DNA from: a virus
Taxonomy: Duplodnaviria; Caudoviricetes
IMG/VR virus record: IMGVR_UViG_3300027969_000125
Span: 1-56,166 of that record
Length of the DNA: 56,166 bases
Direction: 5' to 3' (one strand)
Position numbers and translations under genes: made by a program. Position 1 is the first letter of the stretch. Each line of letters begins with the position of its first letter. This document shows, piece by piece, positions 30,429 to 39,884 of the stretch. The notes beneath the pieces are model-generated. The model searched no databases. It saw only the letters and a list, made by a program, of their open reading frames with translations, and had not been told where the DNA came from.

Positions 30429-31084
30429 AAGGGAATATCGTCTGCCATATCATCAAATCCAGACCCAGTGTTTAGGTTGGGGGCTTTTCGTACCGGCATT
30501 GTTCCAATTGCTTTTTTCCACTCATCGGTGCTTTGAATTTTTTCTTTTGTCTTTTGACTAAAAGTTTCAAAAAGCTCCATGTCTGGATCATCCAAGTCAA
30601 ATGCTTTGAGCGGGTTGTGCCCATTGGGCAGACCTGCACGCTTGATGTTGGACGGCACTGGATTAATGCTGGAGATGTTGGTGTAATCCTTGCCGTCTTG
30701 TCCCTTCTCACGCACCACCGACAGCATGGCCCATACGCCCAACACACTCTTTAGCTGAAAGCCACGCAACTCTTCCTCAGTGAAAGCGCGAGACCGCCAG
30801 TTCTCCAATTCAATACGCAGCGTTGCATTCTCATGAAAGCTGGCCGTAAAGTTTTTAGAAATTGATAAGGGTTCGCCCTTCTCGGTAAGCAAGGGTTTGC
30901 CATCGGCGTCCTCACTGTGAATCTCAAATTGAAACATTAATTTTGGCTGGATTCTAATTTTTCCCTGCCATGTAGACTGCTGCTTGCCCATGTCCACTAT
31001 CCGATAGCACCGAGCAAGGTGCATCCCCGGAGGCACTTGCGCAAAGCTGCTGCCACCGTCTGTTTGACTTACTGTTAGACCCAT
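30425..31084 (-). CDS. Single-stranded DNA-binding / recombination protein
   Basis: PPGMHLARCYRIVDMG N-terminus; acidic DDIPF C-terminal tail. Confidence 0.75.
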   Translation of the reverse strand: MGLTVSQTDGGSSFAQVPPGMHLARCYRIVDMGKQQSTWQGKIRIQPKLMFQFEIHSEDADGKPLLTEKGEPLSISKNFTASFHENATLRIELENWRSRAFTEEELRGFQLKSVLGVWAMLSVVREKGQDGKDYTNISSINPVPSNIKRAGLPNGHNPLKAFDLDDPDMELFETFSQKTKEKIQSTDEWKKAIGTMPVRKAPNLNTGSGFDDMADDIPF

Positions 31085-31257
31085 TTTTCACTCCTAGTTT
31101 CAAGTTTCACTATGGGACTGGGGATGCCGCATTCTGCACGGATCACCCACCAGTCCCCCTCTGTAGCGACACCCGCCTGCGCCCGATCAAGGGCTTGGGC
31201 AAGCATCAGCATCTTTTCGGCCATAGCCTGTTGCAATTCGCTTTCCATGTCGTTCAC
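31075..31257 (-). CDS. Hypothetical protein
   Basis: First ORF of the leftward operon. Confidence 0.45.
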   Translation of the reverse strand: MNDMESELQQAMAEKMLMLAQALDRAQAGVATEGDWWVIRAECGIPSPIVKLETRSEKWV

Positions 31258-31360
31258 TTTTAGGTTAAACTGGAGCGACTATATCACGTTTAACAAGAAA
31301 TTACAAAAAATTTTTAACAATCGTGTTTTTTAGTGTAACATCGTGTTAACTCAACAACAG
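31258..31360. promoter_or_regulatory. AT-rich divergent promoter region
   Basis: Non-coding AT-rich gap between the leftward recombination operon and the rightward Cro-like gene; repeated (G)TTAA(C) and ATCGTGTT elements. Confidence 0.6.
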
Positions 31361-31367
31361 GAGCTTT

Positions 31368-31607
31368 ATGACCCTAACCGAATATTTCACTGGTAAACCG
31401 CGAGGCACGCAGAGAGATTTTGCCCTCAAGCTAGGCATCTCCAAAACGTGGCTCTCATTGATCAGCACGGGGCGCAAACTGCCTAGCCCCGAACTGGCAA
31501 GAGCAATCGAAATCCACACAGGCAGGAAAGTGAAGAGGGTTGAATTACGGCCCGATATTTTTGGAAAGACAGCGAAAAATGCATTACTACCAACACCACA
31601 TCGGTGA
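31368..31607 (+). CDS. Cro/YdaS-like HTH regulator
   Basis: TQRDFALKLGISKTWLSLISTG...ARAIE...ELRPDIF; AGGAG RBS. Confidence 0.8.
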   Translation: MTLTEYFTGKPRGTQRDFALKLGISKTWLSLISTGRKLPSPELARAIEIHTGRKVKRVELRPDIFGKTAKNALLPTPHR

Positions 31608-32295
31608 CTACAGAGCGGCAACAGCCCACCTGACCAACGACGAGGATCTGGCCTACAGACGCCTCTTGGATATGTACTACGACACGGAGCAGAAGATTCC
31701 TACGGACACTGATTGGGTGGCCCGTAGGATTCGGATGGATGTAACGGTCGTTGAATCCGTGTTGGTCGATATGTTCCAAGAGGACGAGGACGGATGGTTT
31801 CACAGCCGCTGTGAGCGCGAAATAGAGGCATTCAAGGGCAAGTTAGAGACCGCATCCAAGGCCGGAAAAGCCTCTGCTGCCAAGCGTGCAGCCGAGAAAA
31901 TCAACGTCCGTCCAACAACCGTTCAACCAACCATAAACCATAAACCATTAACCATAAACCATAAAAGAATACAAGCGCCTGACGGCGTTTCTGAAAAAGT
32001 CTGGGCTGATTTTGTTCAGCTTCGTAAAGCCAAGAAGGCAGTCATCACGGAGACGGGTATCAAGGGACTCCAGCGAGAGGCCAACAAAGCTGGCTACAGC
32101 CTTCAGGAAGCCTTGGAGACCTGTTGCAGCAGGGGTTGGGTAGGGTTTAAGGCTTCGTGGGTGCTGGACACCCTTAAAACGCCTGCAAAGAGCTTTGCTG
32201 AGACCGATCGAGAGTACAAGCAGCAGCAGTACGATGAAATGGTTGGTCGCAACACCATCAACGCAGCACTGGAGATTCAAAATGGTAGCAATTGA
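31579..32295 (+). CDS. Replication initiator (DUF1376/YdaU-like)
   Basis: MHYYQHHIGDY...HL...AYRRLLDMYY; internal iteron-like repeats. Confidence 0.8.
   Translation: MHYYQHHIGDYRAATAHLTNDEDLAYRRLLDMYYDTEQKIPTDTDWVARRIRMDVTVVESVLVDMFQEDEDGWFHSRCEREIEAFKGKLETASKAGKASAAKRAAEKINVRPTTVQPTINHKPLTINHKRIQAPDGVSEKVWADFVQLRKAKKAVITETGIKGLQREANKAGYSLQEALETCCSRGWVGFKASWVLDTLKTPAKSFAETDREYKQQQYDEMVGRNTINAALEIQNGSN
31929..31963. repeat. Five tandem AACCATA heptamers; probable replication origin
   Basis: AACCATA AACCATA AACCATT AACCATA AACCATA inside the initiator gene, the usual position of lambdoid origins. Confidence 0.7.
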
Positions 32296-32725
32296 TCGAC
32301 TGTTTGAGCGGCTGGCCCTTACCTACGGGGGGGCTTGGCAGAATTCTTTTGGGGCGGCACCGATTACCGATGTCAAGTCCATGTGGCAGCACGAGCTTGG
32401 CAGCTTCTTGCAAAACAAGGAGACCATGAAGCGCATCGTCTGGGCGCTGGACAACCTGCCTGAGCGGGTGCCCAACGTGATCCAGTTCAAGAACCTGTGC
32501 CGCATGGCTCCAGCGCCAGAAGTATTGATGCTGCCTGAACCGGCGGCGGATCCTGAGCGGGTGGCCGCAGAGTTAGCCAAGATCGCTCCCATGATGGCCG
32601 AGAAGCGGTCTGAGAACGATCCCAAGGCGTGGGCCAAGCGGTTGCGCTTTCGGCATCTTGCTGGAGAGCGGATGCGGTCGATCCAGATCCAGATGTACAA
32701 ACAGGCTCTGAAGGAGGAGGCGTGA
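32282..32725 (+). CDS. Replication protein P-like / helicase loader
   Basis: IDRLFERLALTYG...W...L...PN..QFKNLC; follows the initiator. Confidence 0.55.
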   Translation: MVAIDRLFERLALTYGGAWQNSFGAAPITDVKSMWQHELGSFLQNKETMKRIVWALDNLPERVPNVIQFKNLCRMAPAPEVLMLPEPAADPERVAAELAKIAPMMAEKRSENDPKAWAKRLRFRHLAGERMRSIQIQMYKQALKEEA

Positions 32726-32954
32726 ATGCGGCGCAAGAGGGGAAAGGTGAGGACGAGCATCGGCATCGCTGTCTCGTTCGGTGGGTTATCAAAACCCGAA
32801 TACAAGATCGTGACGCTGCGGTGCGATTCCTCGACGGCTACCGTGACATTACTGGGAAGACTATCAAGGGATGGAACCAAATTCACCCTAAATCCAATCT
32901 GGACAGAGATGTCCGAGATCAATGGAGCAAAGGCAACCGAGGTAACGAAGGAGA

Positions 32955-33194
32955 ATGGATATGAACCAGTTCGCTAAGAACATTTTTTCGCAGGGGCAAA
33001 CCCTGTTCACACAGCTTGAGTTTGACAAGGCATTGGCAGAGGTAAAAGAGGAGATCCTTGGCTACGCCATGCACGCAACGCACATGGCAATCCTGATTGA
33101 GCGGGAAGCCTGCGCCAAGTTGGCCGACGAGTGCGTGGACATCGAGAAGCTAGGGGACGCGATACGCAATCGCATACCTGAGCAGCGCCAATGA
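32955..33194 (+). CDS. Hypothetical protein (EREACAK-type)
   Basis: AAGGAG RBS; IEREACAKLAD...AIRNR. Confidence 0.55.
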   Translation: MDMNQFAKNIFSQGQTLFTQLEFDKALAEVKEEILGYAMHATHMAILIEREACAKLADECVDIEKLGDAIRNRIPEQRQ

Positions 33195-33544
33195 ACCCGC
33201 TCGAAATAACGCTGCCGTGGCCTCCATCGGTCAACAGCTACTGGCGAACCGTCAACGGGCGGATGCTGATCAGCAAGGACGGCAGAGACTACCGGCAAGA
33301 GGTGGCCGATCAGATGCTGATACAGCGTGCCCAGAAGCACTTTGACGGGCCTCTGTGCCTTACGGTGGAGGCTCACCGGCCAGACAACCGCAGGCGTGAT
33401 TTAGACAACCTCCTGAAAGCCACGCTTGATTCGCTGGCCCATGCCGGGGTGTACGAGGACGACTCGCAGATAAAAGACTTACGCATTTACTGGGCACCAA
33501 AAATTGGCGGGATGCTCAAGATCAAGATTGAGGAGATGGAATGA
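33191..33544 (+). CDS. rusA: RusA-like Holliday junction resolvase
   Basis: LPWPPSVNSYWR...PDNRRRDLDNLLKATLDSL...DDSQI. Confidence 0.9.
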   Translation: MNPLEITLPWPPSVNSYWRTVNGRMLISKDGRDYRQEVADQMLIQRAQKHFDGPLCLTVEAHRPDNRRRDLDNLLKATLDSLAHAGVYEDDSQIKDLRIYWAPKIGGMLKIKIEEME

Positions 33545-33753
33545 ACGAGGACATACCACTGCGGTGCCTTTGGTTCACCAATCCAAAGGGCACCATTGGC
33601 ATAGCAAAAGTTAAGACTCACGCTGGAGAGATCGAGTACAGGATCAGTTCAGTCGATGGATTTTTAGAAAACATGGATGTGCAGCAAGTTGTCGCATGGG
33701 GGGCAAGATTCCCTGACGCTGCTGGCGAGGCACTTTTTGGGAAGCACGAATGA
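33541..33753 (+). CDS. Hypothetical protein
   Basis: ATGA-coupled to rusA. Confidence 0.55.
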   Translation: MNEDIPLRCLWFTNPKGTIGIAKVKTHAGEIEYRISSVDGFLENMDVQQVVAWGARFPDAAGEALFGKHE

Positions 33754-33950
33754 AACAAGAACCAGAGTGGGTAGATGTGGTGGCGATGTTTGCCATGCTG
33801 GCGTTACTGAACAGGCCCAAGAACGCGCAGCCGCAAGACATCGCTTATGTGGCCTACGAGTATGCCCAAAAAATAATTGAAGAAAAGGATAGGCGGGATA
33901 AAAAAGTGTGATATGCTTTAACTTCAACTTAAACAGCGAAAGGAAATACA

Positions 33951-34280
33951 GTGCAAGACCGAGACCCTCACGAGGCGGTGGATTACATCCTAAGACACGC
34001 CAAGCAGTTTGCCAAAGCCAAGGCGGAGCGCACCTACATCGAGCATTACCGCAAGAGCCTCAAGGCTATCTTGATGAAGAAGTCCAACGAGTCAGCGATT
34101 GGTGCCCAAGAACGCGAAGCCTACGCACACCCAGAGATGCTGGAGTTGATCAAGGGCTTACAGGCAGCGGTAGAGATCGAAGAGAAGCTCAAGTGGGACA
34201 TCACCGCAGCCGAGCTTCGCGTAGAGATCTGGCGTACAGAACAAGCAAACAACCGACAAGAATTTAAGGTGACAGTATGA
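33951..34280 (+). CDS. Coiled-coil protein, possible recombination mediator
   Basis: AKAKAER...EREAYAHP...EIWRTEQAN; AAGGA RBS. Confidence 0.5.
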   Translation: MQDRDPHEAVDYILRHAKQFAKAKAERTYIEHYRKSLKAILMKKSNESAIGAQEREAYAHPEMLELIKGLQAAVEIEEKLKWDITAAELRVEIWRTEQANNRQEFKVTV

Positions 34281-34522
34281 AAATAAACGTATGGAAACAA
34301 GCCCAAGAGTTGGAAACACTCGTCTTGCATTTGGAGTCAAGGATAGACAACCTAGAGTCAGTGCTTGCTAGTGTGCTGACAAAACCCAGAGTTGATTCAA
34401 ACTGGGTTTCAAAGATGAAGGAGAAAGAACTCCTTGATAAAAAAGCACGGCAGCGGGTTTATGCACGCAATGCTTATTTAAAGAAAAAGGAAAAACTTGC
34501 TGCACAGAAGGAGGTCAAGTAA
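34277..34522 (+). CDS. Hypothetical protein
   Basis: Translationally coupled ORF. Confidence 0.5.
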   Translation: MKINVWKQAQELETLVLHLESRIDNLESVLASVLTKPRVDSNWVSKMKEKELLDKKARQRVYARNAYLKKKEKLAAQKEVK

Positions 34523-34680
34523 TGCCCGCACTAATTGGATTACTTTGCGTGGCTGCTTGGTTTACGCACGTTTTTACTTGCTTTGCACAGGGCTTGTGGG
34601 GCTTTTTGTTGGCTGGTGCCATCCTATTCCCCATAGGAATCTTGCATGGTTTTTATCTTTGGCTTCATTAGGAGATTGAT

Positions 34681-34968
34681 ATGGTAGATCAACCGAAAAT
34701 AATAGAGGGCGCATACGCCAAGCAGTACACCGACTGGCAAGTCAAGACAGGCGGCTTTGCAAGGGACATGACCATGCGTGACCACTTTGCGGAAAAAGCG
34801 ATGATTGGCTTGATGAGAATGGAGAGGGCAGAACAATTCGTTGATGAAAACGGGGATGAAATGTGCAATGAAGAAGGTGATGTGGGAACTTTATTTGTTC
34901 ACACAAAGTTTTTGGCTGAAGAGGCGTACATGATTGCCGACATGATGCTCAAGGAGCGTGCCAAATGA
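34681..34968 (+). CDS. Hypothetical protein (MTMRDHFA...AYMIADMML type)
   Basis: AGGAG RBS; common small phage protein pattern. Confidence 0.6.
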   Translation: MVDQPKIIEGAYAKQYTDWQVKTGGFARDMTMRDHFAEKAMIGLMRMERAEQFVDENGDEMCNEEGDVGTLFVHTKFLAEEAYMIADMMLKERAK

Positions 34969-35147
34969 TTTTGCAAATGAAAGGTGGTTGGACAAACAAA
35001 GATGCACTCAACATGGAAGACAACGTAGAGCAGGAGCGGTTCCTAATCACAGACACTTATGTGCGTGTGAAGTACAGGAGCGCAGACGATATAAGCGGGT
35101 GGTGGAAGCACCCATTGGACGATCAAGTTAAGGAGCGTGCCAAATGA
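34965..35147 (+). CDS. Hypothetical protein
   Basis: Flanked by identical 18-bp junction repeats. Confidence 0.5.
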   Translation: MILQMKGGWTNKDALNMEDNVEQERFLITDTYVRVKYRSADDISGWWKHPLDDQVKERAK

Positions 35148-35332
35148 AAAACAACGCAGTGGAATTGACTGAGGCACAGCTTGACGCACTTATCGAGTTG
35201 CTTGCTCAAATAGAGGCGACAGGCAAACACAACACCAAACCAACCCTTGGATTTTCTGGGGCGGAAGAAGCGTTTTTTACAATTCAAGAGTTTGTAAAAC
35301 AGGTAGAGAAACTACAGGAGAAAACCAAATGA
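35144..35332 (+). CDS. Hypothetical protein
   Basis: AAGGAG RBS; ATGA coupling. Confidence 0.5.
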   Translation: MKNNAVELTEAQLDALIELLAQIEATGKHNTKPTLGFSGAEEAFFTIQEFVKQVEKLQEKTK

Positions 35333-35547
35333 CTTGTTGTGACTACGGAAAATGCACCAATGGCCCTGACTGCCCTGTACGCAAGCAGCGACTTAAAGAA
35401 ATCAATGATGCCTATGCAAATGGGCACAGGGACGCGCAATTAGATGACCCAATAGACGACCTTGCCGACACCTTCAAGGCACTGCTTACCATGGTGACTG
35501 TGGTGCTTGGTGTGTGGATTGTTTGTTTAGTTATCTGGGGGAAGTGA
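35329..35547 (+). CDS. Small membrane protein with Cys-rich N-terminus
   Basis: CC...C...CP and a C-terminal transmembrane helix. Confidence 0.55.
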   Translation: MTCCDYGKCTNGPDCPVRKQRLKEINDAYANGHRDAQLDDPIDDLADTFKALLTMVTVVLGVWIVCLVIWGK

Positions 35548-35674
35548 TGAGTGACACACAGTTTTTGACAATACTAGGGACTATTTGGATTGCCCCATAT
35601 GTACAAAAATGGTTAGCGCAATTTATCGGCCTTGCTTTTCTGTTTGTTTCTATTTGCAAATCAGCGGGGTGGTT

Positions 35675-35956
35675 ATGAACATCATTGAACTAGCAAACGA
35701 ATCGGGCCTTGTTTATTACGGCATGGGCAAAGACCGCGCTAGGTTTATACATCACTTGGAAAACTTTGCCCACTTGGTAGCAGCAGCAACCCGTGCTGAT
35801 GAGCGTGAGGAGTGTGCTAGGGAGGTTGAAGAATTTGCACGAAAGTGGTGGTCTATTCATTGCCATAGCAACAAACACGCGGAGACAACCCGTAAAGCAC
35901 ATGACGATTTTTGCGCATTGCAAGCAGCAATCAGAAGAAGAGGAAAAACAGAATGA
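35675..35956 (+). CDS. Hypothetical protein, paralogue 1 (MNIIELA...DEREEC)
   Basis: First 23 nt identical to the next gene. Confidence 0.55.
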   Translation: MNIIELANESGLVYYGMGKDRARFIHHLENFAHLVAAATRADEREECAREVEEFARKWWSIHCHSNKHAETTRKAHDDFCALQAAIRRRGKTE

Positions 35957-36291
35957 ACATCATTGAACTAGCAAAGCAAGCGGGGTTTCAAGACGCTGAT
36001 TGGAATTACACCAAGGGTCTTGAGAAGTTTGCCGCCTTGGTAGCAGCAGCAGCCCGTGCTGATGAGCGCAACAGTTTTTACGGGCAAGACAAGCCAGCCG
36101 AGTGCGTTGAAGGTTGCCCACCAAATCAGATTTGTGATTATTGCCAAATAGCCGCACCCGTGAAAGCAATGATTCTTGCAACCCGTGCGGATGAGCGTGA
36201 AGAATGCGCCAAGCTGTGCGAGACAACAGCCCCAAGTCAGATAAATGGCTATGAATGCGCCGCCGCCATCCGCGCAAGGGGAACAACATGA
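35953..36291 (+). CDS. Hypothetical protein, paralogue 2 (MNIIELA...DEREEC)
   Basis: AGGA RBS; tandem paralogue. Confidence 0.55.
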   Translation: MNIIELAKQAGFQDADWNYTKGLEKFAALVAAAARADERNSFYGQDKPAECVEGCPPNQICDYCQIAAPVKAMILATRADEREECAKLCETTAPSQINGYECAAAIRARGTT

Positions 36292-36373
36292 AAAGATTTC
36301 TTAATTTGGTTTACACACTGCTTGGTGCTTACTGCATCGGCCTTGTAATTGGGTATTTGCTTAGGGGAACACC

Positions 36374-36871
36374 ATGACAGGCTATCAAAGCAAACGCGCT
36401 GCGGCGCAGGACAAGCTAGAGCAATGGGGCTGCGAAGCATTCAATGCGTGGTGGGACAGTGACTACGATGACAGCACCAACCCGTATGAACGGGATAGTT
36501 TTGCTTATTGGGCATGGGCAGGATGGCAAGCAGCATTGGCGCAGCCAGCGCAGGAGCCAGTGTGCCCTGAATGCAAAGCAGAAGTGCTTTATGAGTGCGT
36601 GGCTTGTAGTAGCAACAACTACCCACAAAAGTCAGCGCAGGAGCCGTGGAGAGAGTCTGCCTCAGACTATGAGCGTGGAGTCATTGATGGCAGGCAAATG
36701 CAGGCGCAGTCCAGCGTGGACAAGGCAGTCAATGCCATGACACAGCGCCCGTGGGTAGGGCTGACGGATGAGGAGATGCAAGCCGTAGTTGATGCACAGT
36801 TGTTAGTATCAAACATCAATGTTTATTTCAAAGCCATCGAAGCCAAACTCAAGGAGAAGAACAATGGATGA
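36374..36871 (+). CDS. Mosaic hypothetical protein (AQEP linkers, WVGLTDEE tail)
   Basis: 165-aa ORF; two AQEP junctions flank a CxxC segment. Confidence 0.55.
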   Translation: MTGYQSKRAAAQDKLEQWGCEAFNAWWDSDYDDSTNPYERDSFAYWAWAGWQAALAQPAQEPVCPECKAEVLYECVACSSNNYPQKSAQEPWRESASDYERGVIDGRQMQAQSSVDKAVNAMTQRPWVGLTDEEMQAVVDAQLLVSNINVYFKAIEAKLKEKNNG

Positions 36872-37050
36872 AGATGATGACATCCAAGTCTACAAAGATG
36901 ATGGCAATGCGCTGCTGATTGCATATCAGTCTGGTTACTTTGACGCCAAGAAAAAATACAAACTTGAGCGCAATTTCTGCGAACGATGCGGCAAACGATT
37001 AGGCGCTGCTGACCACATTCACACTTGCACACCACCACAGGAGACGGCGC

Positions 37051-37278
37051 TTGAGAAAATCTAGGCACCAGCTAATACGCAACACCCTGCTGACTCATGA
37101 AGACGGGCTTACCAAGACCGAGCTTTGCCGCATAGCTGGCCTTGACCAGAGATCCATAGCTAAGTCTCTTAACTCCATGCCCGATGTGTACATCGACCGC
37201 TGGGTGGTGCCAAAGAAGCGCTTACCCACTCCGGTGTATGTAGCCGTCAAGGTGCCTGAAGACTGCCCAAGGCCATGA
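37051..37278 (+). CDS. Small HTH-like protein
   Basis: DGLTKTELCRIAG...MPDVYIDRW; AGGAG RBS. Confidence 0.5.
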   Translation: MRKSRHQLIRNTLLTHEDGLTKTELCRIAGLDQRSIAKSLNSMPDVYIDRWVVPKKRLPTPVYVAVKVPEDCPRP

Positions 37279-37571
37279 CCACGACCGCTGAACGCAAACA
37301 CATGAGCCAAGTGGCCGAGCTGGGCTGCGTAGTTTGCCTGCGGGTGTATGGGCCTCACGAACCCGGCCCAGTCGAGCTACACCACCCTAGAAGCGGCGTA
37401 GGCATGGGTAAACGCTCCGCTGATGTGCTGCCGCTGTGCGTGTTCCACCATCGAGGCGATGAGGGCGTCCACGGGCTGGGCACCAAGGGATTCCCGCAGC
37501 ACTATGGGTTTACGGAGGATGACTTGCTTAACGATGTCCAAACCTTATTAGGGAAAACACCTAGAAAATAA
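37275..37571 (+). CDS. Ref/DUF968-like zinc-binding HNH-fold nuclease
   Basis: LGCVVC...ELHH...PLCVFHH...GVH. Confidence 0.7.
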   Translation: MTTTAERKHMSQVAELGCVVCLRVYGPHEPGPVELHHPRSGVGMGKRSADVLPLCVFHHRGDEGVHGLGTKGFPQHYGFTEDDLLNDVQTLLGKTPRK

Positions 37572-37640
37572 ATTGAGAAAAGGCTTGTATCGTTTAATTT
37601 GGCGTTATACTAACATCACTGCAATCCGCAGGTAACAGTG
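37546..37640 (+). promoter_or_regulatory. Regulatory cassette copy 1 (TATTAGGGAAAACACCTAG box, promoter, leader)
   Basis: 19-bp box identical to 39520-39538; -10-like TATACT at 37606-37611. Confidence 0.65.
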
Positions 37641-37652
37641 AAAGACAGCGAC

Positions 37653-37943
37653 ATGAACAACGATCTCAAGCTCAACGACGTAGACACCCTTGGCGCACTG
37701 CTGGCCCAGATCAAAGACCTGACCGACCGTGCTGACGCCATCAAGGACGGCATCAAGGACAGCGCCAGCGCAGGCGGTGCCAAGGTTGTAGAGGGTGCCA
37801 TCTTCAAGGCTACTTACAGCGAGACCAACCGCTCATCGGTTGACTACAAAGCCCTTCTGGCCGAGCTAGGTGCCACTGCCCAGCAGATTGCCAGCCACAC
37901 CAAGACCACCGCCGTGTTCACGGTCAAGGTCACCAGCCGTTAA
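37653..37943 (+). CDS. Hypothetical protein
   Basis: VDTLGALLAQIKDL...; first gene after cassette 1. Confidence 0.6.
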   Translation: MNNDLKLNDVDTLGALLAQIKDLTDRADAIKDGIKDSASAGGAKVVEGAIFKATYSETNRSSVDYKALLAELGATAQQIASHTKTTAVFTVKVTSR

Positions 37944-37978
37944 TCAACAACCGGGGCTACGGCCCCAAGGAGAACATC

Positions 37979-38260
37979 ATGAAAATCAAGACCACCATCT
38001 ACATCCACTTCCAGAAATTCGAGTGGGAGAACGAGGGCACTTACCAAATTTTTTCGTTCAAAGCAAGTGACGATGACACCCGAACCTTTGTCTGTGAGCA
38101 AGAAATTGAGGTTGAAGTGCCAGACAATTACGATCCAACGGCCCAAATGATTGCCGCATTAGAGGCTAAGAAAGAAAGGGCAATGTCCGACTTTAACAAG
38201 ACCGTGATGGAGATCAACGCCCGCATCAGCAAGCTGCAAGCATTGGAGTACACAGCATGA
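37979..38260 (+). CDS. Hypothetical protein
   Basis: AAGGAG RBS after the CGGGGCTACGGCCCC hairpin. Confidence 0.6.
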   Translation: MKIKTTIYIHFQKFEWENEGTYQIFSFKASDDDTRTFVCEQEIEVEVPDNYDPTAQMIAALEAKKERAMSDFNKTVMEINARISKLQALEYTA

Positions 38261-38574
38261 ACAAAGGTGCCATCATTGCCGACATGGTGGTGGCCGTCAT
38301 GGCTGCTGCCTGCCTGATCTTTGGCTGGGACGGAGACGGGCTGCTGCACAAGGCAGCGCTTACTTGGGGCGGGATGTGCTTTGGCTACATCATCACTACT
38401 TACTTGAACATGGAGGAAATATGAGCGACTATGTGAAGGGCTTTGACGATGGGCGGGACTTCACCCTTGCCGAGATTGAGGATTGGATTAAGAAGAGTCA
38501 GGAGCCGAACTACACGATGGAGGCCCTCAACAGGCTGATGTCCTACCTAAAGGCTGGCAAAAAGGAGTTTGCAA

Positions 38575-39525
38575 ATGAACGTCATTGAATTTGGCGATTG
38601 CCGCGATACCATGCGCCGTTGGAAAGAGCAAGGTATCAAGGCGCAGACTTGCGTGACAAGCCCGCCATACTTTGGCTTGCGGGACTACGGCCACGATGGG
38701 CAGATAGGGCTTGAGGAAACGCCAGAAGACTACATCAAGGCAATGGTAGAGGTGTTCCGCTGCGTCTGGGATGTTCTGGAGGATGACGGGACGTTATGGC
38801 TGAACATTGGAGACAGCTACGCCAATAGCGGGAAAGGGCGAAATTCCGATGGAACACATCAAGAGGGAGGTAAACAGGGAACAAACGCTGGAACAGTGCT
38901 TGGAAAACTGGTAAAGACTCAGGCACCAAATTGCAAGCCAAAAGACCTAATAGGCATCCCGTGGGCATTGGCCTTTGCACTTCGCGCCGACGGCTGGTAT
39001 TTACGTCAGGACATTATCTGGCACAAGCCAAACCCTATGCCTGAGTCGGTGCAAGACCGATGCACTAAGGCACATGAGTACATTTTTCTGATGAGCAAGT
39101 CGCAGAAGTATTACTACGATGCTGATGCAATCAAAGAGCCTGCAATAAATGAGGGGCGCATTGTTAAAGCGTCTGGCTCTGACGCTAAGAATGGAGCAAA
39201 AGGTGATTTTGGTGCTACTGCTGCAGGCTTTACAAAGCATGACACTTTAATCACCGACCGTAACAAACGCAGCGTTTGGACGGTGACCACCAAGCCTTAC
39301 GCTGGCGCACACTTTGCCGTATTTCCGTCAGACTTGATTGAGCCTTGCATCCTTGCTGGCGCACCAGTGGGCGGCGTAGTGCTTGATCCGTTTATGGGTA
39401 GCGGCACCACAGCTCAAGTGGCTCAGCATCTTGGACGGCAGTACATTGGCTGTGAGCTAAATGCAAGCTACAAGCCGCTGCAAGACAAACGCCTAGCTCA
39501 ACAATCGCTGGTGTTTGAGTATTAG
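38575..39525 (+). CDS. DNA methyltransferase, N4-C/N6-A, beta class
   Basis: Catalytic TSPPY precedes SAM-binding VLDPFMGSGTT; IIWHKPNPMPES and HFAVFP motifs. Confidence 0.92.
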   Translation: MNVIEFGDCRDTMRRWKEQGIKAQTCVTSPPYFGLRDYGHDGQIGLEETPEDYIKAMVEVFRCVWDVLEDDGTLWLNIGDSYANSGKGRNSDGTHQEGGKQGTNAGTVLGKLVKTQAPNCKPKDLIGIPWALAFALRADGWYLRQDIIWHKPNPMPESVQDRCTKAHEYIFLMSKSQKYYYDADAIKEPAINEGRIVKASGSDAKNGAKGDFGATAAGFTKHDTLITDRNKRSVWTVTTKPYAGAHFAVFPSDLIEPCILAGAPVGGVVLDPFMGSGTTAQVAQHLGRQYIGCELNASYKPLQDKRLAQQSLVFEY

Positions 39526-39612
39526 GGAAAACACCTAGTAAATATTTGTGTTGAGCCGCTTTTGTTTAATATACAATTACATCAACGGCAGCATCCCGCA
39601 GTCGTAACAGTG
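39520..39612 (+). promoter_or_regulatory. Regulatory cassette copy 2
   Basis: Same 19-bp box; -10-like TACAAT at 39572-39577; leader similar to copy 1. Confidence 0.65.
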
Positions 39613-39635
39613 TTCTAAACCCGCAGGAGATCATC

Positions 39636-39884
39636 ATGGACAAAGCGAATTGGTCGCGTACCGTATCCCCCGATTCAATGTTTTCTGGTCTTCATGCTGG
39701 GAAAGTCGCTGAGTTGGTTGACGGTATTTGCAAAAACCCTCAAAACTTTTCAAAAAGCGTTATCCCAGCAGCTTACCGCGCACTGGTGCGGCAGGGCATT
39801 TGCACAGAGGCAGAGGCGGCAGTTGGCGTTTTCGAAGTTACAAAGCTCCGTACAAAACTTATGCAAAGCAAGGCAACCGTTTAA
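39636..39884 (+). CDS. Hypothetical protein
   Basis: AGGAG RBS; first gene after cassette 2. Confidence 0.6.
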   Translation: MDKANWSRTVSPDSMFSGLHAGKVAELVDGICKNPQNFSKSVIPAAYRALVRQGICTEAEAAVGVFEVTKLRTKLMQSKATV

